Source of the DNA: a virus
Direction: 5' to 3' (one strand)
DNA length: 64,000 nt
IMG/VR virus record: IMGVR_UViG_3300008448_008004
Span: 1 to 64,000 of that record
Within the stretch, counting starts at the first letter, position 1. Each line of letters begins with the position of its first letter. Under the pieces are notes generated by a model. The model did no database searches, was not told the DNA's origin, and was given only the letters and a program-made list of their open reading frames with translations. This document shows, in pieces, positions 16,099-25,185 of this stretch. Position numbers and translations under genes: made by a program.

Positions 16099-18927
16099 AT
16101 GGTTCCACAAGAAGAAATTGAACGCTTTTTATTAGGCGAAGACGACGAAAAATATATTGTTTCACTCGAATACGATTACAAAACATCAAAAATTTATAAA
16201 GTAATTCAAGACCCTATTAAGGGTAAGTTGTTACGTCCTGACACATTCATCCCATTTGCATGGGTTGGTGACTTGAAGGGTAAAAACTTTTACAAGAACG
16301 ACAAACACGCACAAAAACGTGCGATGAGTGAAAATGGTATCATTATTGAAAAATTAGATACTTACGGAGATGAACGTTTAGAAAACGGACTCAAGTACAT
16401 TGTTAAAACAACAAAATCATACTCAAACCTTGTAAACTTTTTTAAGGGTGGAGGTTTAGACCCATGGGGTAGAGACAACACGGATAGTATACAAATTCTA
16501 TCACCTGTAGAACAATACCTTATTCAAAAAAACAAACGACTATTCAAAGGATTTGAAGAATACGATGAAATCCATAGGTTTGTATTCGATATCGAGACCA
16601 CAGGTCTTGACCCCAAAACAAGTAAGATATTCTTGATAGGGATGAAAGACAATCGTGGTTTCTTAAAATTATTATCCGCACAAAATGAAGATGAAGAACG
16701 TCAAATGATTGTTGACTTCTTCAAGACTATTGATGAATTAAAACCATCTTTAGTTGGTGGTTACAACTCAGCATTCTTTGACTTCCCATTTATTTTGAAA
16801 CGTGCTGAGATTTTGAAATTAAATATCAAAAAAATATGTAAGACGTTACATCCTGATTATACTTTGAAACAAAAAGATGGTATTCTAAAGTTAGCGAACG
16901 AAATGGAACCATATGTTCAAACTCAGATGTGGGGGTATAACATTGTGGATATTGCACACGCCGTTCGTAGAGCTCAAGCAATCAACTCAGACATTAAGAG
17001 TTGGTCTTTGAAGTATATCACAAAATTTATTGAAGCAGAAAAACCAAATCGTGTTTATGTAGAAGGAGATAAGATTGGTAAAATATATTTTGATAATGAA
17101 GAGTTTTGGATGAATAAAGAAAACGGAGTATACAAAAAGGTTGGATTTGATTCTAAAATAGATGAGGTCTGTAAAAGACGTGACGATGTTTATAAATTGA
17201 TTACGGGGTCTAAGATTATCGAGGACTACTTGGATGATGACCTTTATGAGACGATGGTTGTTGATGAGCAGTTTAATCAGGCCAATTTCTTATTATCCAA
17301 ACTTGTACCAACAACATATGAAAGACTTTCAACTATGGGAACCGCAACGTTATGGAAAATGATTATGTCTTCATGGTCATATAAACATAATTTAGCTCTA
17401 CCAAGAAAATTAGAAAAAAGAAAATTTACAGGAGGTCTTTCTCGTTTGGTTCAGGTTGGGTTCTCTAAAAACGTATTGAAACTTGACTACTCTTCACTAT
17501 ACCCATCTATTCAGTTGGTTCATGATGTGTTCCCTGCTTGTGATGTTACAGGTGCGATGAAAAGTATGTTAAAGTATTTCCGTGATACTCGTATTAAGTA
17601 TAAGAACTTGGCAAGTGAATATAAAACAATAGACCCAAAACTTGCAATTTCATACGACAGAAAACAATTACCAATTAAAATCTTTATCAACGCATTCTTT
17701 GGTTCGTTATCTGCACCACAAGTATTTCCGTGGGGCGATATAGATATGGGTGAACAGATTACTTGTACGGGTAGACAATATCTTCGTCAGATGATAATGT
17801 TCTTTATGAAACGAGGTTATGTTCCTCTTGTAATGGATACGGATGGTGTAAACTTTGAAACTCCATCGGACCGTGATGAATACAAATACGTCGGTAAAGG
17901 TCTTAATGGATTAGTTAAAGAAGGAAAAGAATATGTTGGCGCGGAGGCTGATGTGGCAGAATACAATGATTTATTCTTACGAGGTGAAATGGGATTAGAC
18001 ATCGATGGTGTTTGGCCTTCAACCATTAACGTGGCTCGTAAAAACTATGCTCTACTTACAGACAAAGGAAAAGTAAAACTTACAGGTAATACAATTAAAT
18101 CTAAAAAACTTCAAACATATGTTGCTGAATTCTTAGATAAAGGTCTTCGAATGTTATTAGATGGTAAAGGTGGTGAATTTTTAGATTTCTATTACGAGTA
18201 TGTGGATAAGTTGTATAACCGACAAATTCCTTTGGCTAAAATTGCAAATAAAGCTCGTGTTAAACAATCTATTGATGATTATAAAGTTCACATTACAAAA
18301 ACCACAAGGGCCGGTAATATGATGTCCCGCCAAGCACACATGGAGCTTTTAATTAAAGAGGGTAAGAATCCTGGTCTTGGTGATACTATCTACTATGTTA
18401 ATAATGGTGAGAAGAAATCACACGGTGATGTTCAAAAGAAAAAAGATGAATTAGTTTTAAATTGTTATTTGATTGATGAAAAAGAAATTGAAAGGAATCC
18501 CGATTTATTAGGGGAGTATAATATTGCTAGATATATGGCTGCGTTCAACAAAAGAATTGAACCATTATTGGTTGTATATAAACCTGAAATAAGAGAAGAC
18601 ATTTTAATTGAGGACCCTAAGGATAGACCTATTTTTACAAAGACACAAACAGAACTTGTAAGGGGATATCCTATGAAGGAAGCTCACCAAGACACTTTAG
18701 AGGAGGTTTTATCCTTATCTGATATGGAACTAACGTTTTGGAAAAATGTTGGTATTGACCCTTACTATATGTATATTGATAATACATTAGAATTGGTTGA
18801 TACAGAATGGGTTCAAAAAAATAGGGATATGATGGATGAGTTTGTAAAACAAAACACTAAAGTAGACCAAGACGAATATTATGAATTCGATGCTGAAGGT
18901 GATTTGATGACTCTTAGTTTCGACTAA
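16099..18927 (+). CDS. polB: Family B DNA polymerase with 3'-5' exonuclease
   Basis: FDIETTG, GYNSAFFD, YLDDD (exo); LDYSSLYPSI (A), KIFINAFFG (B), MDTDG (C). ATG 16099 with an A-rich leader is preferred over GTG 16063. Confidence 0.95.
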   Translation: MVPQEEIERFLLGEDDEKYIVSLEYDYKTSKIYKVIQDPIKGKLLRPDTFIPFAWVGDLKGKNFYKNDKHAQKRAMSENGIIIEKLDTYGDERLENGLKYIVKTTKSYSNLVNFFKGGGLDPWGRDNTDSIQILSPVEQYLIQKNKRLFKGFEEYDEIHRFVFDIETTGLDPKTSKIFLIGMKDNRGFLKLLSAQNEDEERQMIVDFFKTIDELKPSLVGGYNSAFFDFPFILKRAEILKLNIKKICKTLHPDYTLKQKDGILKLANEMEPYVQTQMWGYNIVDIAHAVRRAQAINSDIKSWSLKYITKFIEAEKPNRVYVEGDKIGKIYFDNEEFWMNKENGVYKKVGFDSKIDEVCKRRDDVYKLITGSKIIEDYLDDDLYETMVVDEQFNQANFLLSKLVPTTYERLSTMGTATLWKMIMSSWSYKHNLALPRKLEKRKFTGGLSRLVQVGFSKNVLKLDYSSLYPSIQLVHDVFPACDVTGAMKSMLKYFRDTRIKYKNLASEYKTIDPKLAISYDRKQLPIKIFINAFFGSLSAPQVFPWGDIDMGEQITCTGRQYLRQMIMFFMKRGYVPLVMDTDGVNFETPSDRDEYKYVGKGLNGLVKEGKEYVGAEADVAEYNDLFLRGEMGLDIDGVWPSTINVARKNYALLTDKGKVKLTGNTIKSKKLQTYVAEFLDKGLRMLLDGKGGEFLDFYYEYVDKLYNRQIPLAKIANKARVKQSIDDYKVHITKTTRAGNMMSRQAHMELLIKEGKNPGLGDTIYYVNNGEKKSHGDVQKKKDELVLNCYLIDEKEIERNPDLLGEYNIARYMAAFNKRIEPLLVVYKPEIREDILIEDPKDRPIFTKTQTELVRGYPMKEAHQDTLEEVLSLSDMELTFWKNVGIDPYYMYIDNTLELVDTEWVQKNRDMMDEFVKQNTKVDQDEYYEFDAEGDLMTLSFD

Positions 18928-19256
18928 GAGTTTTTCAATCCATCAGAAGAAAGAATATACCAAAAGTCACCAATTTTACGATATTCAACACAAGCGCCCT
19001 TATCTAATTCGATTATATCAAATTCTTCATCAATTAAAGAATCTGCAGTTACGTCAACTCTTGTAAGTGCTTTTATAACCACATGGTCTGTAGTTTTTGA
19101 ATTTAAAAATAACTCACAAAGTTCAACTCCTTTGATGACAATTGCCGATTCGCCGTTTGTTGTGTATTTAGAATTTGTTACAACAGCAACATCTGAAGTC
19201 ACAATCTCATGACCATTTATTATTCTTTTAGATGGAATTGACCTGAATACTGACAT
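18924..19256 (-). CDS. Hypothetical beta-rich small protein, possibly a virion decoration
   Basis: 110 aa, immediately downstream of the neck gene; IDEE...IEL....CVE.....WYILS C-terminus. Confidence 0.6.
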   Translation of the reverse strand: MSVFRSIPSKRIINGHEIVTSDVAVVTNSKYTTNGESAIVIKGVELCELFLNSKTTDHVVIKALTRVDVTADSLIDEEFDIIELDKGACVEYRKIGDFWYILSSDGLKNS

Positions 19257-19263
19257 AAAATTA

Positions 19264-20385
19264 TTAAATAACCGTATATGGACTTTGGAATGCCCTTAAC
19301 TTTAATAATTTGTTTAAATTCTCAGCTTGTAAAGCCTTTTGTTCCATCATTTTTTCTGGACGTAATCTTTCAAGCCTTGTTTTTAGTTCTTCCCATAACA
19401 TAGCTTTTTCATCTTTAGCTTCTGTTGATAAGGATGAATAGTCCATTGTTAATTCGGAATCAGGTGTTTTTAAATTACCACTAAACTTACCTCTAACTCT
19501 TGCTAAAGTTTCTTTACAATATGCTGTAAACCATCTCCTAACCCAAGTTTGTGCGGGTGGATTTAATTTATCCCATCTTAATTTATCTAATGGAATATCT
19601 GAAGGTAATCTTACAACATCAGGATTTTTAGCCAAACAATCTTCTCTATCAAATGTATCGTAATACCAATACCAAACTCTATGTTGGTTTCGTCTCATAT
19701 TACCAAAATCAAATTTACCTCCAGGAACATTCATTAAGTGAATTGCTTTTTTTCCTTCAGGTAGTGCGGTAACTCGATATGTTAAGTCTCCTGTTATAAT
19801 TCTTCTTTTCATTTGAATATCCGCCATTCTTAAAAGGATATCAAATGCGGGTGTGATAAAATAGTTACCCGTTGTTCCCATCTGAGAAAAACCGGCACCA
19901 CCACCTAAACCAATACCTCCAAATCCCCCAAATCCACCCATGAATGGGTCGAAGTAAGCAGCATCCAATTCTGGTCTTGCAAACCATAAAAGTTCGTTCA
20001 ACTCTCTACCTGCAGGTATTTCATAAATTTGTTGGTTAGGTACCAAGTCGATGTAATCTTTTTTCAAAACCCAATCACCACCCGCTTGAAGACCAACAAT
20101 TTTAGAATATGCGTACGTAAATTGAGTTTCCCAATCCATACTTCTTGTTGATAATGCTCTTGTGATTGATTGTTCGTCAAGGTTCAAACCATATACTGAT
20201 GTCCATTGAGATTCAATTAACCAATCCTGAACGTGTTGTTCATAATCTTCAATAGATAATTCCAATAAAGAATCCATCATTTCGTCCTCTAATTCTACAG
20301 AACGTAACGGCGCACCTAAAAGATTTCTAATCCTTTTGTAAAGTTTACTTCTATCAGGTTCATTAATTATAACAACAGTTGACAT
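19264..20385 (-). CDS. Neck/head-tail adaptor protein (T4 gp13-like)
   Basis: LGAP...VEL...M; W.RRW..A..KE.L..VRGKFSG.L..P....T.D...L..EA..E..L.EEL. Confidence 0.75.
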   Translation of the reverse strand: MSTVVIINEPDRSKLYKRIRNLLGAPLRSVELEDEMMDSLLELSIEDYEQHVQDWLIESQWTSVYGLNLDEQSITRALSTRSMDWETQFTYAYSKIVGLQAGGDWVLKKDYIDLVPNQQIYEIPAGRELNELLWFARPELDAAYFDPFMGGFGGFGGIGLGGGAGFSQMGTTGNYFITPAFDILLRMADIQMKRRIITGDLTYRVTALPEGKKAIHLMNVPGGKFDFGNMRRNQHRVWYWYYDTFDREDCLAKNPDVVRLPSDIPLDKLRWDKLNPPAQTWVRRWFTAYCKETLARVRGKFSGNLKTPDSELTMDYSSLSTEAKDEKAMLWEELKTRLERLRPEKMMEQKALQAENLNKLLKLRAFQSPYTVI

Positions 20386-20421
20386 ATATATTTTTACTAT
20401 AAATATCTAACCAAAATAATT

Positions 20422-21510
20422 CTACTCGGACTTCTTTTTAATTTGATTATTATATTGGTCATTTACAAACGACCAATTAACTACTTTCCAAAAGTTAGAG
20501 ATGTATTCGTCTCTTTTATTTTTATATTTTAGATAATAAGCGTGTTCCCACAAATCTAACCCTAAAAGTGGATATCCACCATCTTTTTCGGTATTCATAA
20601 GTGGGTTGTCTTGATTAGATGTGGTTAATACTTTTAGTCTATTGTTTTTTGTTAAAACTAACCAAACCCACCCCGAACCAAATTTTGATTTAGCTTCTGA
20701 ACTAAACAATTCTTTAAATTTTTCAAAAGAACCAAAGTCTTTTTTAATTTTAGAAAGAATTGGGTCGGTTATCTCTTGTTTTTTTGGTGATAACATTTTC
20801 CAAAATAATGCGTGATTAAATGCCCCACCACCATTATTTTTTACCACTTTATTAAACCTTGATATTTTCTCTATAATTTCTTCTAAGTCTAAATCTTTTC
20901 CTTTAATTTTTTCTAATTCAACATTTAGTTTTTCAACATATCCTTTGTAATGTTTGTTGTAGTGAGTATTCATAGTATCACTATCAATAAATCTTTCTAA
21001 AGAATCATAACTATAAGGTAGTTTATCTACACTAACTTTTTTTATTTCAGTAATTAATAAATTTTTTTTTGACGAATCAACTTCTAATAAAGATTCAATT
21101 GATTCAATCTTTTCTGAAAATAATTTATAAACTGTTTTTTCTAATTTTTTGTGTGATTTTTCAAACTTTTTAATTTCTTGTGATGCTTGTGAACTAGCCT
21201 CGTCTTCATTTTTTCCACCAATATCTTTTCCTTTTTTTCTTTTTAAAACATTTCGTTGGTATTCGTGAGACCACTCGTGAGCTAATGTTCTCATTACGTC
21301 ACGATTTAATCTATTTTTTACTAAAATTTTAAGTTTGTTTTTGTTGGTTCTTGAACCCGTTGTCATTTCACCATTTCTTTTATTTTGAAATAAAATAGTA
21401 ATATCATCTTTTAATGGATAATTCTTTTTAAGTTGTGAAATAAAACTCTTAATTAATTTTTCATCTTCTTTTGATGGCTCAATTCCAATATATTCAATAT
21501 TAACTTCCAT
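20422..21510 (-). CDS. sodA: Mn-type superoxide dismutase fused to an N-terminal HExxH domain
   Basis: LPYSYDSLE, THYNKHY..Y, NNGGG..NH.LFW, FGSGWVWL, NQDNP, DLWEHAYYL; all metal ligands are present. The first ~150 aa carry RTLAHEWSHEYQ. Confidence 0.9.
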   Translation of the reverse strand: MEVNIEYIGIEPSKEDEKLIKSFISQLKKNYPLKDDITILFQNKRNGEMTTGSRTNKNKLKILVKNRLNRDVMRTLAHEWSHEYQRNVLKRKKGKDIGGKNEDEASSQASQEIKKFEKSHKKLEKTVYKLFSEKIESIESLLEVDSSKKNLLITEIKKVSVDKLPYSYDSLERFIDSDTMNTHYNKHYKGYVEKLNVELEKIKGKDLDLEEIIEKISRFNKVVKNNGGGAFNHALFWKMLSPKKQEITDPILSKIKKDFGSFEKFKELFSSEAKSKFGSGWVWLVLTKNNRLKVLTTSNQDNPLMNTEKDGGYPLLGLDLWEHAYYLKYKNKRDEYISNFWKVVNWSFVNDQYNNQIKKKSE

Positions 21511-21522
21511 GATATATAAATA

Positions 21523-23286
21523 TCATCGGTTCTTAGAAATTAAATTTAACATTTCTTCTATGATTGTCGCTTCGTCAAACATATCATCACCCATTACAGT
21601 TGATATGATTTTCTTTTTTCTGTTGAGTATATCATATATTGCGCCTTCTATTGTGTTTTCAAAAAGTGGATAATAAACAGATGTTGAATTTTTTTGACCA
21701 ATTCTGTGGGACCTATCTTCCGCTTGTGAATGTTCAGCAGGGACAAATGATAAATCATTCATAATTACCGCCTCGGCTGAGGTTAGTGTAATACCAACCC
21801 CCGCAGCCTTTAGGTTTCCAACAAATACTCTTATTTTGTCGTTTGTTTGAAATTCGTCAACAGCATTTTGTCTATGAAATTTAGAACAACTTCCGTCAAG
21901 ATATACCGCTTGTTTTCCAAAATGGTTATAGATAATGTTTAGAGTGTCTGTAAAGTTTGTGAATATAATAACCTTTTTACCTTGCTCAATAATATTTTCA
22001 GCCAACTCAATTGTATTATTAATTTTCTCTTGTGCTATAACCTTTCTAACTTTCATTAATTTTGAAAACTGAATTGTTAGGGATGAAGACTCTTCAGGAT
22101 TTGAATCATACCAATCAAAGTATTCCCCCATCAATTCTTCATAATCTTTTGATTTTAGTCTTAGATAAACAGGAGTTATAATTTTTTCAGGTAAATCTAA
22201 AACATCTTCTTTCAATCTCCTTAATATGTGAGTTGACGTTCTTTCTCTTAACTCATCAAGATTTGATGCTCCAGTAACATTCCAAACTTTTCTTTTACCA
22301 ACACTAAATTGGAATCCGTTACAGTATCTTTTAGCATACGCCATCCAATTAGCAGCAACAGGACTATCAACAAGATTTAATAAATTATAATAATTCATAG
22401 GTCTTGAAGTCATTGGGGTTCCCGATAATAACCACACCCTTGTTGATTTTTGTGCGATGTCGTTTGCAATTTTTGTTCTTTGTGCTTGTGGGTTTGAAAT
22501 CATGTGAGCTTCATCCATGATTACCAAATCAAATTTTGTTTTTAATATTTCTGACTCTTCTTTCTTTTTTGGGTCGTGGAAATTTTTTAAGATATCATAA
22601 TTGATGATAACAAAATCGTGTTCGGTTGAAAATTTCTTCCCTTCTGCAATAAAAACAGACCTATCAGAATAATTTGCAATTTCACGTTCCCAATTTATCT
22701 TTAAAGATGCTGGACATACTATTAATATTTTTTTAGCTCCCGTTTCTAATGCTGCAACGATTGTGGAAGTTGTTTTACCAAGACCCATGTCATCAGCTAA
22801 AATAAACTTCTTATTCTTAACCAATTTTTCAATTGCTTCTTTCTGATGAGTCATTGGCGGTCTGTGGGAATATTTTTCATATTCTATTTGGACATTCTTT
22901 ACTTCATTATCTTTTAACAATGCTGTTTTAGGCATCCAAAAGTCATGTAATGTCTCACCACTAAAAACCTTACCCCAAATATGATATGCTTTATCTTTTT
23001 CAACCAACAACTTCTCAACATATATTTCAGTTGGTTCTTTGGTATACATTTTATCTTCAGCTAACTTTTTAGAAAAATATAAGTCTAACTTAACCCATTT
23101 TTTTGCAACTTTTGGTTGAGTATTTTTATAGTTGTTGATATATTCTGCCTGACTTCTTGTCGGTACAAATGATTTACTATTTTCCTTCTTATGTTTTAAA
23201 TTGAGGATGTAGTTATTTGACCCATCATACGTTTCTAACGCTAAAAGGGCTTGAGACTCTATTGTTTTTGGTATAAAATCTTCCAT
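21523..23286 (-). CDS. SNF2-family helicase (SMARCAL1/HARP-like)
   Basis: DDMGLGKT, VCPASLKINW, DEAH, LSGTP, RRLK.DVL.LPEK, GVGITLT, QAEDRSHRIGQ. Confidence 0.92.
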   Translation of the reverse strand: MEDFIPKTIESQALLALETYDGSNNYILNLKHKKENSKSFVPTRSQAEYINNYKNTQPKVAKKWVKLDLYFSKKLAEDKMYTKEPTEIYVEKLLVEKDKAYHIWGKVFSGETLHDFWMPKTALLKDNEVKNVQIEYEKYSHRPPMTHQKEAIEKLVKNKKFILADDMGLGKTTSTIVAALETGAKKILIVCPASLKINWEREIANYSDRSVFIAEGKKFSTEHDFVIINYDILKNFHDPKKKEESEILKTKFDLVIMDEAHMISNPQAQRTKIANDIAQKSTRVWLLSGTPMTSRPMNYYNLLNLVDSPVAANWMAYAKRYCNGFQFSVGKRKVWNVTGASNLDELRERTSTHILRRLKEDVLDLPEKIITPVYLRLKSKDYEELMGEYFDWYDSNPEESSSLTIQFSKLMKVRKVIAQEKINNTIELAENIIEQGKKVIIFTNFTDTLNIIYNHFGKQAVYLDGSCSKFHRQNAVDEFQTNDKIRVFVGNLKAAGVGITLTSAEAVIMNDLSFVPAEHSQAEDRSHRIGQKNSTSVYYPLFENTIEGAIYDILNRKKKIISTVMGDDMFDEATIIEEMLNLISKNR

Positions 23287-23297
23287 TACACATATAT

Positions 23298-23326
23298 AAT
23301 ATAATAATAAATTACCAAAAAATCAA
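23298..23326 (-). promoter_or_regulatory. Possible host-sigma promoter for the SNF2 helicase
   Basis: Minus strand TTGATT-N17-TATATT, 11 nt upstream of the ATG; same -10 as the polB and SSB promoters. Confidence 0.4.
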
Positions 23327-23343
23327 TTAAAGTATTTATAAGT

Positions 23344-23859
23344 ATGGCAGATAACAGAGTTCCAATTACAAGATTAAACAAATTTTTCTCTGAAGAAGAT
23401 TTTAATATGGATATTTCTATGGGAGACGAATGGTTAGGGGGAGATATGAATTTCACACTTGTATTATATCGTGTTGATAGACAAAAAACAATTAGTGACG
23501 ATGTTTACGGTGAAACATTAGAAGATGGAATACAATTTTTACCACCTGTTGAATTTAAAGGATATGTCCAAATTGAATCACCAACAAATGCAGACTACGG
23601 GGGGTCTAAATTATCACAAACAGAGCCAGGTAATTTAAAAGTTGGAGTCTATCAAAAACAACTTGAAGAATTAAATATTGATATAAATTATGGTGACTAT
23701 ATAGGATACTATGAAACGGAAACAAGAGTTAGATATTATAGTGTTGTAAATGATGGTCGTGTATTATCAGATAATAAACACACATATGGTGGATACAAAC
23801 CATTCTATCGTTCAATTGTTGCATCACCTGTAACTGATAATGAGTTTAGAGGATTATAA
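23344..23859 (+). CDS. Head-closure/neck protein (gp14-like)
   Basis: DDVYGE, PPVEFKGYV, I.YGDYIGY pattern; position before the tail terminator and sheath. Confidence 0.6.
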   Translation: MADNRVPITRLNKFFSEEDFNMDISMGDEWLGGDMNFTLVLYRVDRQKTISDDVYGETLEDGIQFLPPVEFKGYVQIESPTNADYGGSKLSQTEPGNLKVGVYQKQLEELNIDINYGDYIGYYETETRVRYYSVVNDGRVLSDNKHTYGGYKPFYRSIVASPVTDNEFRGL

Positions 23860-23861
23860 AA

Positions 23862-24902
23862 ATGGCATTACCTAAAAAAATAAAAAAACATTTACCATTA
23901 ATACCTGAAAAGGTTGGTCGTGAAAGAAGACAAGAAATGTTAGACGATATCACCGACCATGGAACTTTTTTACCTAAAGGTGTATTACACGCAGACTTAG
24001 ATTTGGGAATGTTAGATTTTGTTAAAGAAAAATTAAAACTTGTTGTTACTGAAAAATTAGTCCCAACGGTAGATAAAATTATTACAAACCAAAACTGGTC
24101 TCAATTTACGGAGACTTGGAATTTTCAAGACTTAGATAAAAACATTTCTTTACCATTTATAGCAACAGTAAGAACTCCCGAAGTAAAATATGGAACGTTT
24201 CAAGGAGGGGCTGCTAATATTTCAAACAGAAGACAATTTTTTTATTATACGGTCCCAACATGGGATGGCCAAAGAAAAGGTGCTGACGTGTATAAGATAC
24301 CTCAACCAATACCTGTGGATATTACGTATAATGTTAAATTGTTTTGTAATAGAATGCGAGAACTTAATGAGTTTAATAAAATTGTAATGCAAACCTTCAC
24401 ATCAAAACAGGCATATACTCAAATTAAAGGACACTATATTCCAATTACTATGGATGGTGTTGCCGATGAATCTGCCAAAGAATTAGAAAAAAGAAAATAT
24501 TACATTGCAAGTTATACTTTTATAATGAAAGGTCTTTTAATCGATGAGGCAGAATTTCAAATTTCACCAGCCATTACAAGACAAGTAACTTTATTTGAGA
24601 CTGAAGACAAAGTAAAAACTAAAAAGGTAAACACTCAACCACCAAGACCCGATAATTTTGATTTAGATTTACTTTTTATCACAGGTAATACTCAATTAAC
24701 TGAAGTTTTTAGATACACTGTTGATTTAAAAACTACTGAACTAACCAATGTTAGTTCATATGATGTTTATATAAATTCAAATTTTGTTGGTAGTGATTTA
24801 TCTACAATACAAATTAATGATGGTGATACTTTATTGATTAATGTCACAAAAATAGATAATACAAAACAGTCTATTATTAAAACAACCGCTTACTTAGTTT
24901 AA
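23862..24902 (+). CDS. Tail terminator/completion protein (gp15-like)
   Basis: LPFIATVR, PQPIPVDITYNV...MRELNEF; directly upstream of the sheath. Confidence 0.6.
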   Translation: MALPKKIKKHLPLIPEKVGRERRQEMLDDITDHGTFLPKGVLHADLDLGMLDFVKEKLKLVVTEKLVPTVDKIITNQNWSQFTETWNFQDLDKNISLPFIATVRTPEVKYGTFQGGAANISNRRQFFYYTVPTWDGQRKGADVYKIPQPIPVDITYNVKLFCNRMRELNEFNKIVMQTFTSKQAYTQIKGHYIPITMDGVADESAKELEKRKYYIASYTFIMKGLLIDEAEFQISPAITRQVTLFETEDKVKTKKVNTQPPRPDNFDLDLLFITGNTQLTEVFRYTVDLKTTELTNVSSYDVYINSNFVGSDLSTIQINDGDTLLINVTKIDNTKQSIIKTTAYLV

Positions 24903-25064
24903 TTATTCACCGTAAATATCTTTAACTTCTTTACAGTTTTCGGTAATTATCTTCTCTAAATACCTATACATCTTCAACCCATTTTTATCACAATAGTTCT
25001 TTAATAACAAGTGAACTTCAGGTTTAATTTTCAAGTTTTTTATTTTTTTTTGGTCAGTTTTCAT
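24903..25064 (-). CDS. Small ribbon-helix-helix-like DNA-binding protein (53 aa)
   Basis: Below the ORF-track cutoff: MKTDQKKIKNLKIKPEVHLLLKNYCDKNGLKMYRYLEKIITENCKEVKDIYGE; beta-strand KNLKI followed by helix-G-helix. Confidence 0.6.
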   Translation of the reverse strand: MKTDQKKIKNLKIKPEVHLLLKNYCDKNGLKMYRYLEKIITENCKEVKDIYGE

Positions 25065-25185
25065 AATGGTAGAAAAAAGGCAGAATTTATTCTTACTCCT
25101 TGATAAATATTATCATAGGGGAAAGTTTTTTGTGGTTTGACGATGTATTTATATAGAAAAATAAATTCTAAACTATATTATTAAA

